DNA of 64,000 bases. It comes from an uncultured bacterium (GTDB lineage: Bacteria > Oederibacteriota > JAAXVQ01 > JAUVAV01). The stretch is taken from assembly GCA_963710755.1 (NCBI GenBank), contig CAVQBK010000002.1, positions 96,001 to 160,000 on the forward strand, written 5' to 3'. Of this stretch, positions 37,238-47,465 are shown in pieces. A model generated the notes under the pieces. That model was not told the origin of the DNA. It ran no database searches and saw only the letters and a list, made by a program, of their open reading frames with translations. Within the stretch, counting starts at the first letter, position 1; each line of letters starts with the position of its first letter. The position numbers and the translations under genes are program-made.

Positions 37238-37993
37238 TCACACCAGCAAGGTCGTCAATTTATCCACCGCCGTCTTGAAGCCGTCGCTTTTTAACGGCCT
37301 GCCCAAATGATAATAAATGACCTTATCCAAAATAGCTCGAATTTCCTTTTCCATGCGGGGTTGAATCTGCACTCTATTAAAATGAAGGGGATTCATGGTG
37401 GTCAATTTTTTCATTAACCGTCTCGCCCCCAGGGAAACCCATGTCGACCCATGGGGACTGCAATTATGGCAGACCAAACCGCCGGCTTCAAGGTCAAATG
37501 ACATCTTTTCATCTTCGGCTTTACATTGATAGCAAGCATCCAGATTCAGCCCAAATCCCAATTGTTGCCAAAAACAGAGCTCAAACCAAATGGCCAACTG
37601 CCGGGAAGGCACTCCCGCTTCGAGCAGTGCCAAGCTCTGAGTGACAAGCTGAAAAAGTTCCGGCAGGGGTTGATGATCCTGCGTGACGCTGTCCACCAGT
37701 TCCGTGATCCGGCTGGCTTGAGCCAAGGCTTCCAGGTTTTTTTTCAGACGGGGATAAGCCGTGGTGACTTGGGCTTGAATAATGCGGACCAAGGCCTGAT
37801 GCTCGCGGCCATAAAATTGCACATCCGCCAGGGTCAGTAAATTAAGACAGCCGGCTAATTTACTTTTACTTTTTCTTACCCCTTTGGCCACAGCCCGGCG
37901 TTTACCGGTCTCTTTCGTAAACAGAACTAAAAGACGGTCTGCCTCTGCATAATCATAACTTCTTAATATCAATGAAGAGGATCGGAAATACAC
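37238..37993 (-). CDS. recO: DNA repair protein RecO
   Basis: YAEADRLLVLFT, AKGVRKSKSK, CxxC...CxxC zinc finger; GTG 37993 after AAGGAAGG; upstream of glyQ. Confidence 0.92.
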   Translation of the reverse strand: MYFRSSSLILRSYDYAEADRLLVLFTKETGKRRAVAKGVRKSKSKLAGCLNLLTLADVQFYGREHQALVRIIQAQVTTAYPRLKKNLEALAQASRITELVDSVTQDHQPLPELFQLVTQSLALLEAGVPSRQLAIWFELCFWQQLGFGLNLDACYQCKAEDEKMSFDLEAGGLVCHNCSPHGSTWVSLGARRLMKKLTTMNPLHFNRVQIQPRMEKEIRAILDKVIYYHLGRPLKSDGFKTAVDKLTTLLV

Positions 37994-38221
37994 GCGAACG
38001 CCTTCCTTAACCTGCCTGGTAAAGACATAGGGTTGACCATGGTCTGCCTTTGGGGAAGCAATCTGTCGGCTTGACAACCTGAGCTTTGCTTAAAAAACAA
38101 AATACCGGGCAGCTTGCTGCGCGGTATTTTGTTTCGAAAGAATGAAGATGATCATTTTTTCACCCTGTAGGTAGGGGCTCAAAATTTTTAGCCCGTCTCT
38201 GAGGGTTCATGTTCGCGAAAC

Positions 38222-38255
38222 AAAAACCACGCCCTCGGACAAGAGCGTGGTTTTT
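38222..38255. terminator. Intrinsic terminator downstream of the Yip1 gene
   Basis: AAAAACCACGC-loop-GCGTGGTTTTT; a second hairpin lies at 38095-38134. Confidence 0.7.
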
Positions 38256-38293
38256 ACCTCATGAAAAGTTTAAAATAGCTCAACCAGCAAACC

Positions 38294-38821
38294 TCAGCCC
38301 GCTGGCGGTACATAACCGGTGATGCCAATCCCAATAACGGCCAGAAGAATGACGATCACAAATACAATAACCATTGAAAGGGCTACTGCAATAATCGCTT
38401 TGCCAGTGGTAAGTTTATGAACTTCTTTAATTCCCAAATAAGTAAGGAACAAGCCATAGAGGGAGCCGAGTATGGACACAATGGGAATCCAGCCAATCAA
38501 ATTAACAATGTTGGCATAAGCTGCTACTCGCAGGGTGGCTTCATAACTACCTTGCCCCCCTACAATTTTGCTGCACAACAATAGAAGCAATGCCGCCAGG
38601 AACAAACTGATGACGATCGCTAAAGGCGCAAAAATAATGGCCAAAAATCCTACACCCAAAGTTATAACCGTCAGGCCGATGCCCATCACCACAGCCGTAA
38701 TGACCGCAAAAATCAGTGGATCTTTATACCCACCGGTTGTCGGCATTTCTTTGAAGAAATCGAAAGGTTTAACAATGATATTTTTTGCTGTAGCTACATA
38801 ATCTTGAATAAATCCTGCCAT
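38294..38821 (-). CDS. Yip1-domain membrane protein
   Basis: KPFDFF, GGQGSYEATLRVAAY, GIKEVHKLTTGKA, several TM helices. Confidence 0.85.
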   Translation of the reverse strand: MAGFIQDYVATAKNIIVKPFDFFKEMPTTGGYKDPLIFAVITAVVMGIGLTVITLGVGFLAIIFAPLAIVISLFLAALLLLLCSKIVGGQGSYEATLRVAAYANIVNLIGWIPIVSILGSLYGLFLTYLGIKEVHKLTTGKAIIAVALSMVIVFVIVILLAVIGIGITGYVPPAG

Positions 38822-39000
38822 TAGTTGCCCCCTATGCTTGTAATGAACACTAGATTTTAAATAAGTTTAGTTGCTTTTTTTGGCAAAGTCAAGATTTTTT
38901 TTAAAAAAGGCTTATGAATTAAGCATTTTTGGAAGGTATCCCCTCTTGCAAATCACTCGCGGCCAGCAGTAGATTCTTTAAATAAACAGTTGTCGCTTCC

Positions 39001-39211
39001 TCCCCGCATTAAGAGACTGTGTCATAATGGGTTTTATCGTCATAACGTCGCAGGCAAAAGTCGAAGATCCAGCGCCTTTATTTTAAAAGCTTTTCTGGAG
39101 ACCGTTTCAGGGATGGACATGAGATGAATGTTAGTATTGCAAAGCACTTTAAGAACATAATGGGATGACGAGAACAAAATCCAATTGCGACAAAGTCTTT
39201 AAAATGCGAGA
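39001..39211. mobile_element. Degenerate MITE/REPIN-like element
   Basis: Imperfect terminal IR AGACTGTGTCATAAT(39014-28)/ATTGCGACAAAGTCT(39184-98), 12/15, extended by CGCATT/AATGCG; inner CGTCAT...ATGACG; no ORF. Confidence 0.5.
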
Positions 39212-39227
39212 AATTGCCTAAGACATA

Positions 39228-40523
39228 TTAAATGGTCTTTTCCTGATCGGGGTTCTTCAAGCGTTGGAGCTGGATACGGTCTACCTTTCTGGAACTGGCA
39301 GCCAAGACCGTAAATTTCAAGTCATCCTCAATAATTTCCTCTCCCTTAGTGGGCAAATGCCCCAATAGATGGATAAGGTAGCCACCGATGGTATTCAAGT
39401 CCTTCATATCTGGAATCGCCGTTTCCAAGGCTTCATTGATTTCCTTAACATCAGTCTGGGCATCCACCACCCAGGTATAAGGCCCCAATTGGTCTATCCG
39501 TTTTTCCTCAATATCATATTCATCCCTGATTTCACCGACAATTTCTTCGATCAAATCCTCCAAAGTCACCAGCCCGGAAGTGCCTCCATATTCATCCACC
39601 ACGATAGCCAAATGCAGTTTGCCGCGCTGAAATTCGTGGAGCAACTCATCGATCTTTTTGGTCTCCGGTATAAAATAGGGCTGGCGCAAAATATCTTCCA
39701 GAACGATCAGTTCGCGGTTTTGCAATATAGAGATAATATCCTTGGTGTAGATCACACCGATAATGTTGTCGACACTTTCCCGGTAAACGGGCATGCGTGA
39801 ATACCCGGTTTGAATAATCAGGTCGATGATTTCTTCCATCTTGTCGCGGGCATTAATGCATTCCATTTCCGTCCGGGGTATCATCACTTCCCGGACCTGC
39901 GTTTCACCCAATTGGATCACACCATGAATCATCTGATGTTCTTGATCTTCAATGATCCCTTCGTCCGCGCCAATTTGGATCAGGGCATGAATTTCCTCTT
40001 CTGTGATCATAGGGACCGCACCTTTGGCTTGTAAACCAAAGGGCTTTAGCAGAAGGTTGGATACAGCCACCAGAATCCGGCTGAGAGGCCGTAAAATTTT
40101 TTCCAGGAACACCAGCGGCTGGATGAGCGCCAGTGAGATGTTTTCAGATTTATGGATAGCTAAAATTTTGGGCGTGACTTCTCCGAATACGATAATTATG
40201 ATGGTCACCACTGCCGCAACCAAAGCCCCCATCTGAGCCCGGTTAAAGTTAAGGGTCTCCGCTAAATGGAAGGCAAAAAAAGTGGCTACGGTCGTGGCCG
40301 TAATATTAATGGCATTATTCAAAATTAAAATTGTAGTCAGCACACGGTTGGGATTATCGCGCCATACTTCCAAGGCCTTGGCCTTGGCGCCCCCACGGTC
40401 GATGGCCCGGGCCAGTCGGGATCGGCCCAAACCCATCAGGGCGGTTTCGCTACTGGAAAATAACCCGGAAAGGAAAAATAGAAAAATCAAACTCAAAGCT
40501 TCCATAACCACAACGTTGTCCAC
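39228..40523 (-). CDS. CNNM/CorB-CorC (TlyC hemolysin-family) protein
   Basis: FSSSETAL, FGEVTPK, CBS pair (GYSRMPVY, VVDEYGGTSGLVTLEDLIEEIVGEI), CorC domain. Confidence 0.93.
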   Translation of the reverse strand: MDNVVVMEALSLIFLFFLSGLFSSSETALMGLGRSRLARAIDRGGAKAKALEVWRDNPNRVLTTILILNNAINITATTVATFFAFHLAETLNFNRAQMGALVAAVVTIIIIVFGEVTPKILAIHKSENISLALIQPLVFLEKILRPLSRILVAVSNLLLKPFGLQAKGAVPMITEEEIHALIQIGADEGIIEDQEHQMIHGVIQLGETQVREVMIPRTEMECINARDKMEEIIDLIIQTGYSRMPVYRESVDNIIGVIYTKDIISILQNRELIVLEDILRQPYFIPETKKIDELLHEFQRGKLHLAIVVDEYGGTSGLVTLEDLIEEIVGEIRDEYDIEEKRIDQLGPYTWVVDAQTDVKEINEALETAIPDMKDLNTIGGYLIHLLGHLPTKGEEIIEDDLKFTVLAASSRKVDRIQLQRLKNPDQEKTI

Positions 40524-40532
40524 TACAGCTCC

Positions 40533-41033
40533 TTACCTTGACTCAGAAAATGATTTTTGTGCTGGCTTGGACGACCTTATCTTGGGGACGTGTCGGCAGG
40601 CGTTTAGAAGTACTGTTTGTTGCGTCTCCATGCGCTTTTTCTCCAATAAGGACGCATGATCATAGCCGATAAGATGTAACAAGCCGTGACTGATAATAAA
40701 CACCAATTCCTCTTCCCAAGAGACACTGCGTTCTTGGGCTTGCTTTAAAATATGGTCCATCGATATCACCAAATCACCGAGCAATTCTCGATGAGGCGGC
40801 AAAGGATCTTCGGGATGACGATGTTCCCGCATGCCGAAAGAAAGGATATCCGTAGCTTTAGCCTCGTGCCGGTAGCGCTGATTCAATGCTTTAATTGTTT
40901 GGTCATCAGTAAACATAATGGAGACTTCAGCTTTTTCCAGCTTGAGCATTTTCAAGCAACAGTGGACAAATTTTTTAATAGCTGTAAGATTTAATTTGGG
41001 ATTATCTGTTTGATTGGTGATTAAAACTGCCAT
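40533..41033 (-). CDS. ybeY: rRNA maturation endoribonuclease YbeY
   Basis: LNQRYR, TDILSF, LGDLVIS, HGLLHLIGYDH. Confidence 0.94.
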   Translation of the reverse strand: MAVLITNQTDNPKLNLTAIKKFVHCCLKMLKLEKAEVSIMFTDDQTIKALNQRYRHEAKATDILSFGMREHRHPEDPLPPHRELLGDLVISMDHILKQAQERSVSWEEELVFIISHGLLHLIGYDHASLLEKKRMETQQTVLLNACRHVPKIRSSKPAQKSFSESR

Positions 41034-41209
41034 GATTTGTTCCTTTGAAACATAGGCAGTAGTTGCAAAGACTGGAGGTAAGAGCAACCGAACATGACAG
41101 GACGATCAGGACATGTAGAGGCGTTGTTTGGACCGCCCGATGAAAAGAAATAATCTTCAGATATTGATTTCATAGAAACGAAAAGGATCACACCTCGGTT
41201 CTGCAAATT

Positions 41210-41238
41210 AAAAAGGGACCTCTTTTCAGAGGTCCCTT
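41210..41238 (-). terminator. Intrinsic terminator
   Basis: AAAAAGGGACCTCT-TTTC-AGAGGTCCCTT just past the LysM gene stop. Confidence 0.8.
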
Positions 41239-41250
41239 AATACGCGTCAA

Positions 41251-41673
41251 TTAATACTCGATTGGCAACTGTCTACGCGGTTTTTTGTGACGAACATAAC
41301 GTGGCGTCTTTTTGGCGTTCTCGATGGCCATTTCGACTTCTTCAGGAGTAAATTCACGTGAAATCACCAGATCTTGATCCACTTGGATAATATCAGGATC
41401 TTCGATCTGATCGCGGTTGGCTTTGAAAATCAATGGCCACTGGAAATTATCGCCATAGATATCCGCCATCCCTGAAATGCCCCATAATGTGTCCCCAGGA
41501 ACGACTACATAACGCTGCATTTCCGGAGTTGGTTCCGGAGTTGGTTCCGGTACAACAGCCATAGGGGTCGGTTCCGGCACCACTTCTTTTTTACCGCCGC
41601 AACCAACAGTCACCATAAGTCCGCAGACCAAAACAAATGCCATTGTTGTCTTCATTGTTGCTTGGATTTTCAT
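41251..41673 (-). CDS. LysM-domain lipoprotein
   Basis: Lipobox TVGC, PEPT linker, YVVVPGDTLWGIS...WPLIFKANRDQIEDPDII. Confidence 0.88.
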   Translation of the reverse strand: MKIQATMKTTMAFVLVCGLMVTVGCGGKKEVVPEPTPMAVVPEPTPEPTPEMQRYVVVPGDTLWGISGMADIYGDNFQWPLIFKANRDQIEDPDIIQVDQDLVISREFTPEEVEMAIENAKKTPRYVRHKKPRRQLPIEY

Positions 41674-41739
41674 TAATTCACCTCCTTCCAAATTAGGGTG
41701 GTTTTTAGTGGGAACCACCCGTCGGCATAGCCTAACCCT

Positions 41740-42345
41740 CTAGAACATTAACTTAACCAGCCGACAACTGAGTAACGGTTCCCCGTACGTGGTTGATTCT
41801 TCACTGGGACTATCTTTTAACAGCTTAACCTCAGGATAAATACCCACTTGACCGGATAGCAGGACATCGCCTTGGGCCGTGCGGGAATTAATATCCAGAA
41901 TCGCAAAACCTAAACCAAAGGCACCGCCGATTAATCCACCTACACCGGCACCAATGGTAAAATTCTCCCATTGACCATTATCCGTAAACGGAATGATGGC
42001 CACCACCAGCCCCAACATAGCGCCCAGGCCTGTTCCTCCCATAATGTATTCGGAGAAGGTAAAACCAGTACCTGTGCTACCGGTGCTTATTTCATAAAAG
42101 CCAATACCAGTACCCACCACAGCACCTGTTAAAAATCCGTAAACACTGCTGGTTAAAAAAACTTTTGGATCGGCGTGATGGTCCGCACCGTAAGCCCACA
42201 GGCCTGCTGTGAAACCCACCACGGTGCCAGCACCAGCACCACCGAGAATATTATTGGCAATAATGGGGCCTCTGTCTTCCGCCCATCCTGTGGTCATGGT
42301 CAAGATTGCTATAATCGCTAAAAAACCGATGACCTTTTTAGGCAC
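41740..42345 (-). CDS. Exported/membrane Gly-rich hypothetical protein
   Basis: Signal peptide and four GxxxG-rich hydrophobic segments; GTG after AAGGAG. Confidence 0.7.
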   Translation of the reverse strand: MPKKVIGFLAIIAILTMTTGWAEDRGPIIANNILGGAGAGTVVGFTAGLWAYGADHHADPKVFLTSSVYGFLTGAVVGTGIGFYEISTGSTGTGFTFSEYIMGGTGLGAMLGLVVAIIPFTDNGQWENFTIGAGVGGLIGGAFGLGFAILDINSRTAQGDVLLSGQVGIYPEVKLLKDSPSEESTTYGEPLLSCRLVKLMF

Positions 42346-42476
42346 GCCCCAGTCTCCTTAATCTTGCTGTTCTATTTTTTGTAAATTATCATGACAGCTT
42401 TACGTTTGTCAAGCATTACCCCAAAAATTCCAAATGCTGAAATTCAAAGCATTTTACCATCATTGAATTAAAATCG

Positions 42477-44258
42477 TCATAATGCTTCCATAACTTTAAT
42501 ATGGAGCTCTTGCAATTGCTCCGGTTGGATCGCCGTCGGTGCACCGGACATCAAATCTTGAGCTTTTTGAGTCTTAGGAAAAGCAATGACATCGCGAATA
42601 GTCTGTTCGCCTAACAGCAGCATAACCAGCCGGTCCAGGCCAACAGCCAAACCGCCATGAGGCGGGGCGCCATACTCAAAGGCTTCCAGTAAAAAACCGA
42701 ATTTAAGCGCCGCTTCTTCCGGGGTGATGCCAATAATATTGAAAAGTTTGGCTTGCAGGTCACTGCGATGGATGCGGATACTGCCCGACGCAATTTCACA
42801 GCCATTGAGGACCAAATCAAAACTCAAGGACCGGGCTTTGCCCGGATCCGTGTCGAGCAGCTCCAGATCTTCAGGGTGAGGCGCAGTAAAGGGGTGGTGT
42901 TCCGGTGCCCAACGCCGATGCAGCTCATCATATTTAAACAAAGGAAAATCCACCACCCAGGCTAGATGCATGGTTTTCTCGGGAATAAGGTTGAGTTTTT
43001 GCCCCAACATCAACCGTATCCGGCCGAGTACCTCATTGGTTATCGCCGGACGGTCAGCAATAAAAATAAGCAAGTCTCCAGTTTGCCCTTGCAGGCGTTC
43101 CTGAATGCGTTGTAAAAGATCGTCTTTAAAATATTTGGTCAAATTCGATTCCAACCCTTGGTCGGTCACTTTGAACCAAGCCATCCCCTTAGCCCCAAAT
43201 TTCTGAGCTTGGGCAATCAAGTTATCAATCTCTGTTCTTGAAAAGGACGCGCCCTGGGGGACACAAAGCCCTTTGATCAGTCCACCCTGGTCAGCCACCT
43301 CTTTAAATACTTTAAAATCAGCCTGGCCGGCCAAATCGGTAATATTTTTTAATTCCAAACCGAAACGTTGGTCTGGTTTATCGGAACCAAAACGTTCCAT
43401 GGCTTCAGCATACGTTATTCTGGGCAGAGGTTGCTTCGCACCCGTCAATCCCAAGGTATTAAAAATTTCCGCCATCATGCCTTCCGTGGTGGTTAAGAGT
43501 TCTTCCAGGCCCACAAAAGACATTTCCATATCAATTTGAGTGAATTCAGGCTGACGGTCAGCCCGTAAATCTTCATCGCGAAAGCAGCGGGCAATCTGGT
43601 AGTAACGATCGCAACCAGCTACCATCAGGATCTGTTTCAACATCTGCGGGGACTGAGGCAAAGCGAAGCAATGACCCGGGTAAATGCGCGAAGGCACGAT
43701 ATAATCGCGCGCTCCTTCGGGCGTGCTTTTAAGCAGGTACGGTGTTTCCACCTCCAAGAATTGTTCCTGGTCCAAATAGGAACGGACCGCTTTTAGCACA
43801 TTGTGCCGAAAGCGCAAATTATGCTGCATGTGCAACCGCCGAAGATCGAGATAACGATGGCGTAGCCTGATTTCCTCGGCCACCTCGATTTCATCATTCA
43901 GTAGAAACGGCGGCGTTTTAGATTTATTTAAAAGTTGCAGATCGGTTACTTGCACTTCAATAGCGCCGGTGGCTAAATTGGAATTAACGGCCTCCGGCTG
44001 ACGGGCAATCACCTGGCCTTGGATAACAATGACATATTCGCTGCGCAACCCCTCGGCCTGGTGATGGGTCTGGGGGGATAAGGAAGGATCGAACACCAGT
44101 TGGGTAATGCCATAGCGATCACGCAGGTCGACAAAAATCAACCCGCCGTGGTCACGGTTGGTATCTACCCAGCCAGCTAAAACCACCTCTTGGCCCACGT
44201 CGGCAGCCCTAAGCTGATTATTATGGTGGGTTCTTTTAAACTTCATTAAAAAGTCCAT
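42477..44258 (-). CDS. aspS: Aspartate--tRNA ligase (probably non-discriminating Asp/Asn)
   Basis: [54 protein letters not shown]. Confidence 0.97.
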   Translation of the reverse strand: MDFLMKFKRTHHNNQLRAADVGQEVVLAGWVDTNRDHGGLIFVDLRDRYGITQLVFDPSLSPQTHHQAEGLRSEYVIVIQGQVIARQPEAVNSNLATGAIEVQVTDLQLLNKSKTPPFLLNDEIEVAEEIRLRHRYLDLRRLHMQHNLRFRHNVLKAVRSYLDQEQFLEVETPYLLKSTPEGARDYIVPSRIYPGHCFALPQSPQMLKQILMVAGCDRYYQIARCFRDEDLRADRQPEFTQIDMEMSFVGLEELLTTTEGMMAEIFNTLGLTGAKQPLPRITYAEAMERFGSDKPDQRFGLELKNITDLAGQADFKVFKEVADQGGLIKGLCVPQGASFSRTEIDNLIAQAQKFGAKGMAWFKVTDQGLESNLTKYFKDDLLQRIQERLQGQTGDLLIFIADRPAITNEVLGRIRLMLGQKLNLIPEKTMHLAWVVDFPLFKYDELHRRWAPEHHPFTAPHPEDLELLDTDPGKARSLSFDLVLNGCEIASGSIRIHRSDLQAKLFNIIGITPEEAALKFGFLLEAFEYGAPPHGGLAVGLDRLVMLLLGEQTIRDVIAFPKTQKAQDLMSGAPTAIQPEQLQELHIKVMEAL

Positions 44259-44414
44259 ATGCAACGCTCCTTGCCGTAACGGCCTAGCATAACAGCCCTA
44301 GACTATAGACAAAAAAAGCTTATATTACAAGTGTTATCTTCACTTTTTTAACTTTTTGATCGCTTGGAAGAAGGCATTCGCTTCTAAGGGAACAGTTCGA
44401 CGACGCCGGGAGGC

Positions 44415-44876
44415 TTACTGACTTTTCATGCTTTTTTCCACGGTTTGTTTAAGATCGTTGTTCAGGTTGGTATAATAACTTATTAATTCAGACATGTTCT
44501 TTTTGGAAGGATAAAACTGGTCGGTCATGCGCAGAGTTTCAAATTGAGTTTTAAGGCTATTCTCACCTATGGTAAAGTGCATCTTAAAATGGCAATAGTC
44601 CTCTGTTTGAGGCCCACTAACCGGGGCTAAAGCCTGCAGAACCAGCATCCCCTGATCGCGGTCTTGCTTCTCCATGGTCATGGTTTCACTATAAAAACGT
44701 TGCTCCACCCACCCCAAGGTTGCCCGCCAAAGATCTTCTTTAGATCCGTTTACCGCAACCTCGTTCATCATCAGACCCTCTCCGGCAGGAAGGTGGTACC
44801 GTTTGGTTTCTTCTCGATAGCCTGCACACCCCCAAATCATTAACAGCAGCATCCATACCAGTAGTTGTCGTACCAT
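44415..44876 (-). CDS. Hypothetical lipoprotein
   Basis: Signal peptide with WGC lipobox; ATG 44876 after GGAGG; alpha/beta body. Confidence 0.65.
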   Translation of the reverse strand: MVRQLLVWMLLLMIWGCAGYREETKRYHLPAGEGLMMNEVAVNGSKEDLWRATLGWVEQRFYSETMTMEKQDRDQGMLVLQALAPVSGPQTEDYCHFKMHFTIGENSLKTQFETLRMTDQFYPSKKNMSELISYYTNLNNDLKQTVEKSMKSQ

Positions 44877-45074
44877 GATGGTTATCCTCCTTTGTGCCAT
44901 GGCTCTAGTGTCGTCGCGCCAGAGCCGGGGACTTAGTCGGATTTTTCCTTCCACGCCAAAGTGCTGTTCGCCATTATGGACAACCTTGGCAAGGGCTATG
45001 AGTGACAAACAAAATACCGTACAGCAAGTGGCAGCGACGGTCTCGCGCATGGAAAACAAGCGCTTTCACAAAAT

Positions 45075-45108
45075 AAAAAAAAGGACGGGATGAAACCCGT
45101 CCTTTTTT
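45075..45108. terminator. Intrinsic terminator of the ECF operon
   Basis: A8-GGACGGG-ATGAAA-CCCGTCC-T6. Confidence 0.85.
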
Positions 45109-45130
45109 ACCCAATGATTAATTTTGGTTG

Positions 45131-45631
45131 TTAATCCTGAGCTCGCCCTTTACCCCGGCCGTTACGATGGTAACCCATGCCCCAGCCGCCTTCATCACCA
45201 CCGCGCATCACCATAAAGCTATCCAACTTTTTCTTTTGTTCCGGTGTTAAAATGGATTTAAGAAATAAGATTGAATCCGCATGCTGCATAATGGTTTTCT
45301 TATGAAGTTCGCCCAAGCGGCCGGCAATTTCTTCGATCTTTTTTTGACTGGGAGTCGCTTCGTCCAGCGCTTCGGTCAAATCAATACGCGCCTCTTGGAT
45401 TTGCGCCCTCAGTTTGACCATCTGGCGATGGCTGGTCAATTTATTTTTCTTCAGGCTCTGCAGTTGCTCCGTTGTGAGATCCAAATTGGCCATGATTCTG
45501 GGCAGGCCGTCATGCAAGCCCATGCCTTTGTCTGAGCCCATGCCCTTGCCTCCTCTGGCCATGGCCGTTGAGGTTAATAAGCCCATGGTCAGGATGACTA
45601 CGCTAACCAGCATTAGGTTGTATTTTTTCAT
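45131..45631 (-). CDS. Spy/CpxP/ZraP-like periplasmic protein
   Basis: Signal peptide, Gly/Met-rich ends, LTTEQ and LTPEQ motifs. Confidence 0.82.
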   Translation of the reverse strand: MKKYNLMLVSVVILTMGLLTSTAMARGGKGMGSDKGMGLHDGLPRIMANLDLTTEQLQSLKKNKLTSHRQMVKLRAQIQEARIDLTEALDEATPSQKKIEEIAGRLGELHKKTIMQHADSILFLKSILTPEQKKKLDSFMVMRGGDEGGWGMGYHRNGRGKGRAQD

Positions 45632-45671
45632 TTTCTTAATCTCCCTTGTAATGATGTGATGGTGCTGTCGA

Positions 45672-46142
45672 TTAATTAAAATAGGTTGTCAGCTCCTCGG
45701 GAATGCCAAACAACCCCGTGCTATTGTCTTGAATGGTACTGCTGTTAGTGGTCCCGTCATACCCCAGGGCCTCAAAATCTTCCCCGTAAGCTTGCAGAAT
45801 TTTTTGCTCCGTCCACGGGGTCCGTGGCCATATGCTGAGCACACCTATCACCAATAATGCGGTGACCGTTGCGGCCATTAGACCTTTTTTCCAAACGTTC
45901 CAATGATTCACGACCTTGCCTTCATAAGCAGCGAGTCTGGCCATTAGGCGCGGCTTCAACGCCTCCGGCGCTGAGATCGAGCGGTCCCCTTGCAGGGCCG
46001 CCATGCCAGCTTCCAAACCTGTCTGCCTGTGGCGGCAGTCCGCGCATTGGGCTACATGGGTTTCCAGTGCTTGTGCAGCCGACGGCGGAAGGTGGCCTAA
46101 CAGCCAGGCTGATAATGTTTCGTCCTTAATATGACATGTCAT
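45672..46142 (-). CDS. ZAS (zf-HC2) anti-sigma factor
   Basis: HVAQCADC (HxxxCxxC), TM helix, ATGA overlap with the ECF sigma. Confidence 0.88.
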   Translation of the reverse strand: MTCHIKDETLSAWLLGHLPPSAAQALETHVAQCADCRHRQTGLEAGMAALQGDRSISAPEALKPRLMARLAAYEGKVVNHWNVWKKGLMAATVTALLVIGVLSIWPRTPWTEQKILQAYGEDFEALGYDGTTNSSTIQDNSTGLFGIPEELTTYFN

Positions 46143-46684
46143 GATTCCCCACCTCCTACGGCTTGATAAGCCTGCTTAAACCGGCTGAGGCCCCGGCTAA
46201 GACGTGATTTCACGGTACCCAAGGACAATCCCAAGGTTTCAGCAATTTCCTTCAAACTCAGTTCTGCTTCAAATCTTAACAGCAAACTTTCACGATATTT
46301 GGGAGCCAGGGTTTGCAACGCTTGGCGCACCAGTTGCTGACGTTCCTCCGCCAGCAACGTGATCTCTGCATGTGCGGCGGTTTCCCTCTCCGGCACTTCG
46401 TCACCCATGGGAATCTCCCGTTGTTTCCTAAACTGCATTCGCCCTACATTGAGGGCCACCTTCAAAAACCATGGTTTCAGCGGTTTTTGGGGATTGAAGC
46501 GTTTTCTTTTTTCAAAGGCATGAATAAACACATTTTGGCAGAAATCCGATGCCTCCGCACTGCTACGAAAAAGCTTTAACCCCATGCGGTACACCAAGGT
46601 TTGATATTGGTCAATGATCATTTCCAGCGCCTCGAGATCGCCGCTAAAAAATCGCTCTTCTATGGTTTGATCATTGCTGCCCAT
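46139..46684 (-). CDS. ECF RNA polymerase sigma factor
   Basis: Region 2 (ASDFCQNVF...KPWFLKVALN) and region 4 (SLKEIAETLGLSLGTVKSRLSRG). Confidence 0.93.
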   Translation of the reverse strand: MGSNDQTIEERFFSGDLEALEMIIDQYQTLVYRMGLKLFRSSAEASDFCQNVFIHAFEKRKRFNPQKPLKPWFLKVALNVGRMQFRKQREIPMGDEVPERETAAHAEITLLAEERQQLVRQALQTLAPKYRESLLLRFEAELSLKEIAETLGLSLGTVKSRLSRGLSRFKQAYQAVGGGES

Positions 46685-46704
46685 CAGCCCTCCTTTCTAA
46701 AAAT

Positions 46705-46732
46705 ATTATGCTTCAAGTCTTTAAAAGGTTCC
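46705..46732 (-). promoter_or_regulatory. Candidate ECF autoregulatory promoter
   Basis: Minus strand GGAACC-15 bp-GCATAAT directly before the ECF RBS. Confidence 0.4.
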
Positions 46733-46829
46733 GCTGTTTTTACTCTCTTGGAAAATAGTTTGGAACCGGCCAATCGGGTGGGGCAAGGGGGATAGCCAAA
46801 AGTTGAATCGGGATTGGCGTCTAGTGGTT

Positions 46830-47465
46830 TTATTGGGACAGAGTGGCGTTGTAAGCGCCGATGAGGCGTTTGATTTCCTGGCCAATAAGATCATATCGCC
46901 CTTCGGCCAGCCAGGCGCTTTTAAAAATACTGCCTCCAAAAGCCACTGCCGCCGCCCCATTTTGCAAGTAGGCACCAATGGTGGTGGCAGTCACGCCCCC
47001 ACAAGCGAGTAATTTCATTTTCCCAAAGGGACCTTTGAGGTCCTTAAAATAAGACGGACCAAAACAATTGGCAGGAAAGACTTTAACCATACTGGCTCCG
47101 GAGAGCCAAGCGTAATAGACTTCCTGGGGGGTTAGAGCTCCGGGAAAAACGGGAACGTCATTGTCCACACAATAAGCCGTCACATCCGCGTCATTAATCG
47201 GTGAAACAATATAGGTGGCACCCGCCTCCAGAGCTTCTTTTAAGGCTGCGACGTTAAGCACGGTGCCAGCACCAATCATCAGGCGGTCTCCTGCCAGCCG
47301 CCTGGCATCGGCAATCAAGGCCGTGGCGCCGAAGGTGTTCATGGTGATTTCCATGGTTTCTAAGCCAGCTTGAACTACTGTTTCCACCAAAGGAGCAAGT
47401 TGTGCTGACTGCAGACCGCGTATAATGCCCATGATCGGTTTTTGATTAAAACGAACGATATCCAT
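46830..47465 (-). CDS. eda: KDPG/KHG aldolase
   Basis: EITMN, IGAGTV, PGALTPQE, VKVFPA, KGPF, GGV. Confidence 0.9.
   Translation of the reverse strand: MDIVRFNQKPIMGIIRGLQSAQLAPLVETVVQAGLETMEITMNTFGATALIADARRLAGDRLMIGAGTVLNVAALKEALEAGATYIVSPINDADVTAYCVDNDVPVFPGALTPQEVYYAWLSGASMVKVFPANCFGPSYFKDLKGPFGKMKLLACGGVTATTIGAYLQNGAAAVAFGGSIFKSAWLAEGRYDLIGQEIKRLIGAYNATLSQ

Noticed and set aside
41691-41720. T-box-like AATTAGGGTGGT
   Set aside because: On the strand opposite the neighbouring genes, not upstream of a synthetase, no stem I; it is one arm of a simple hairpin.
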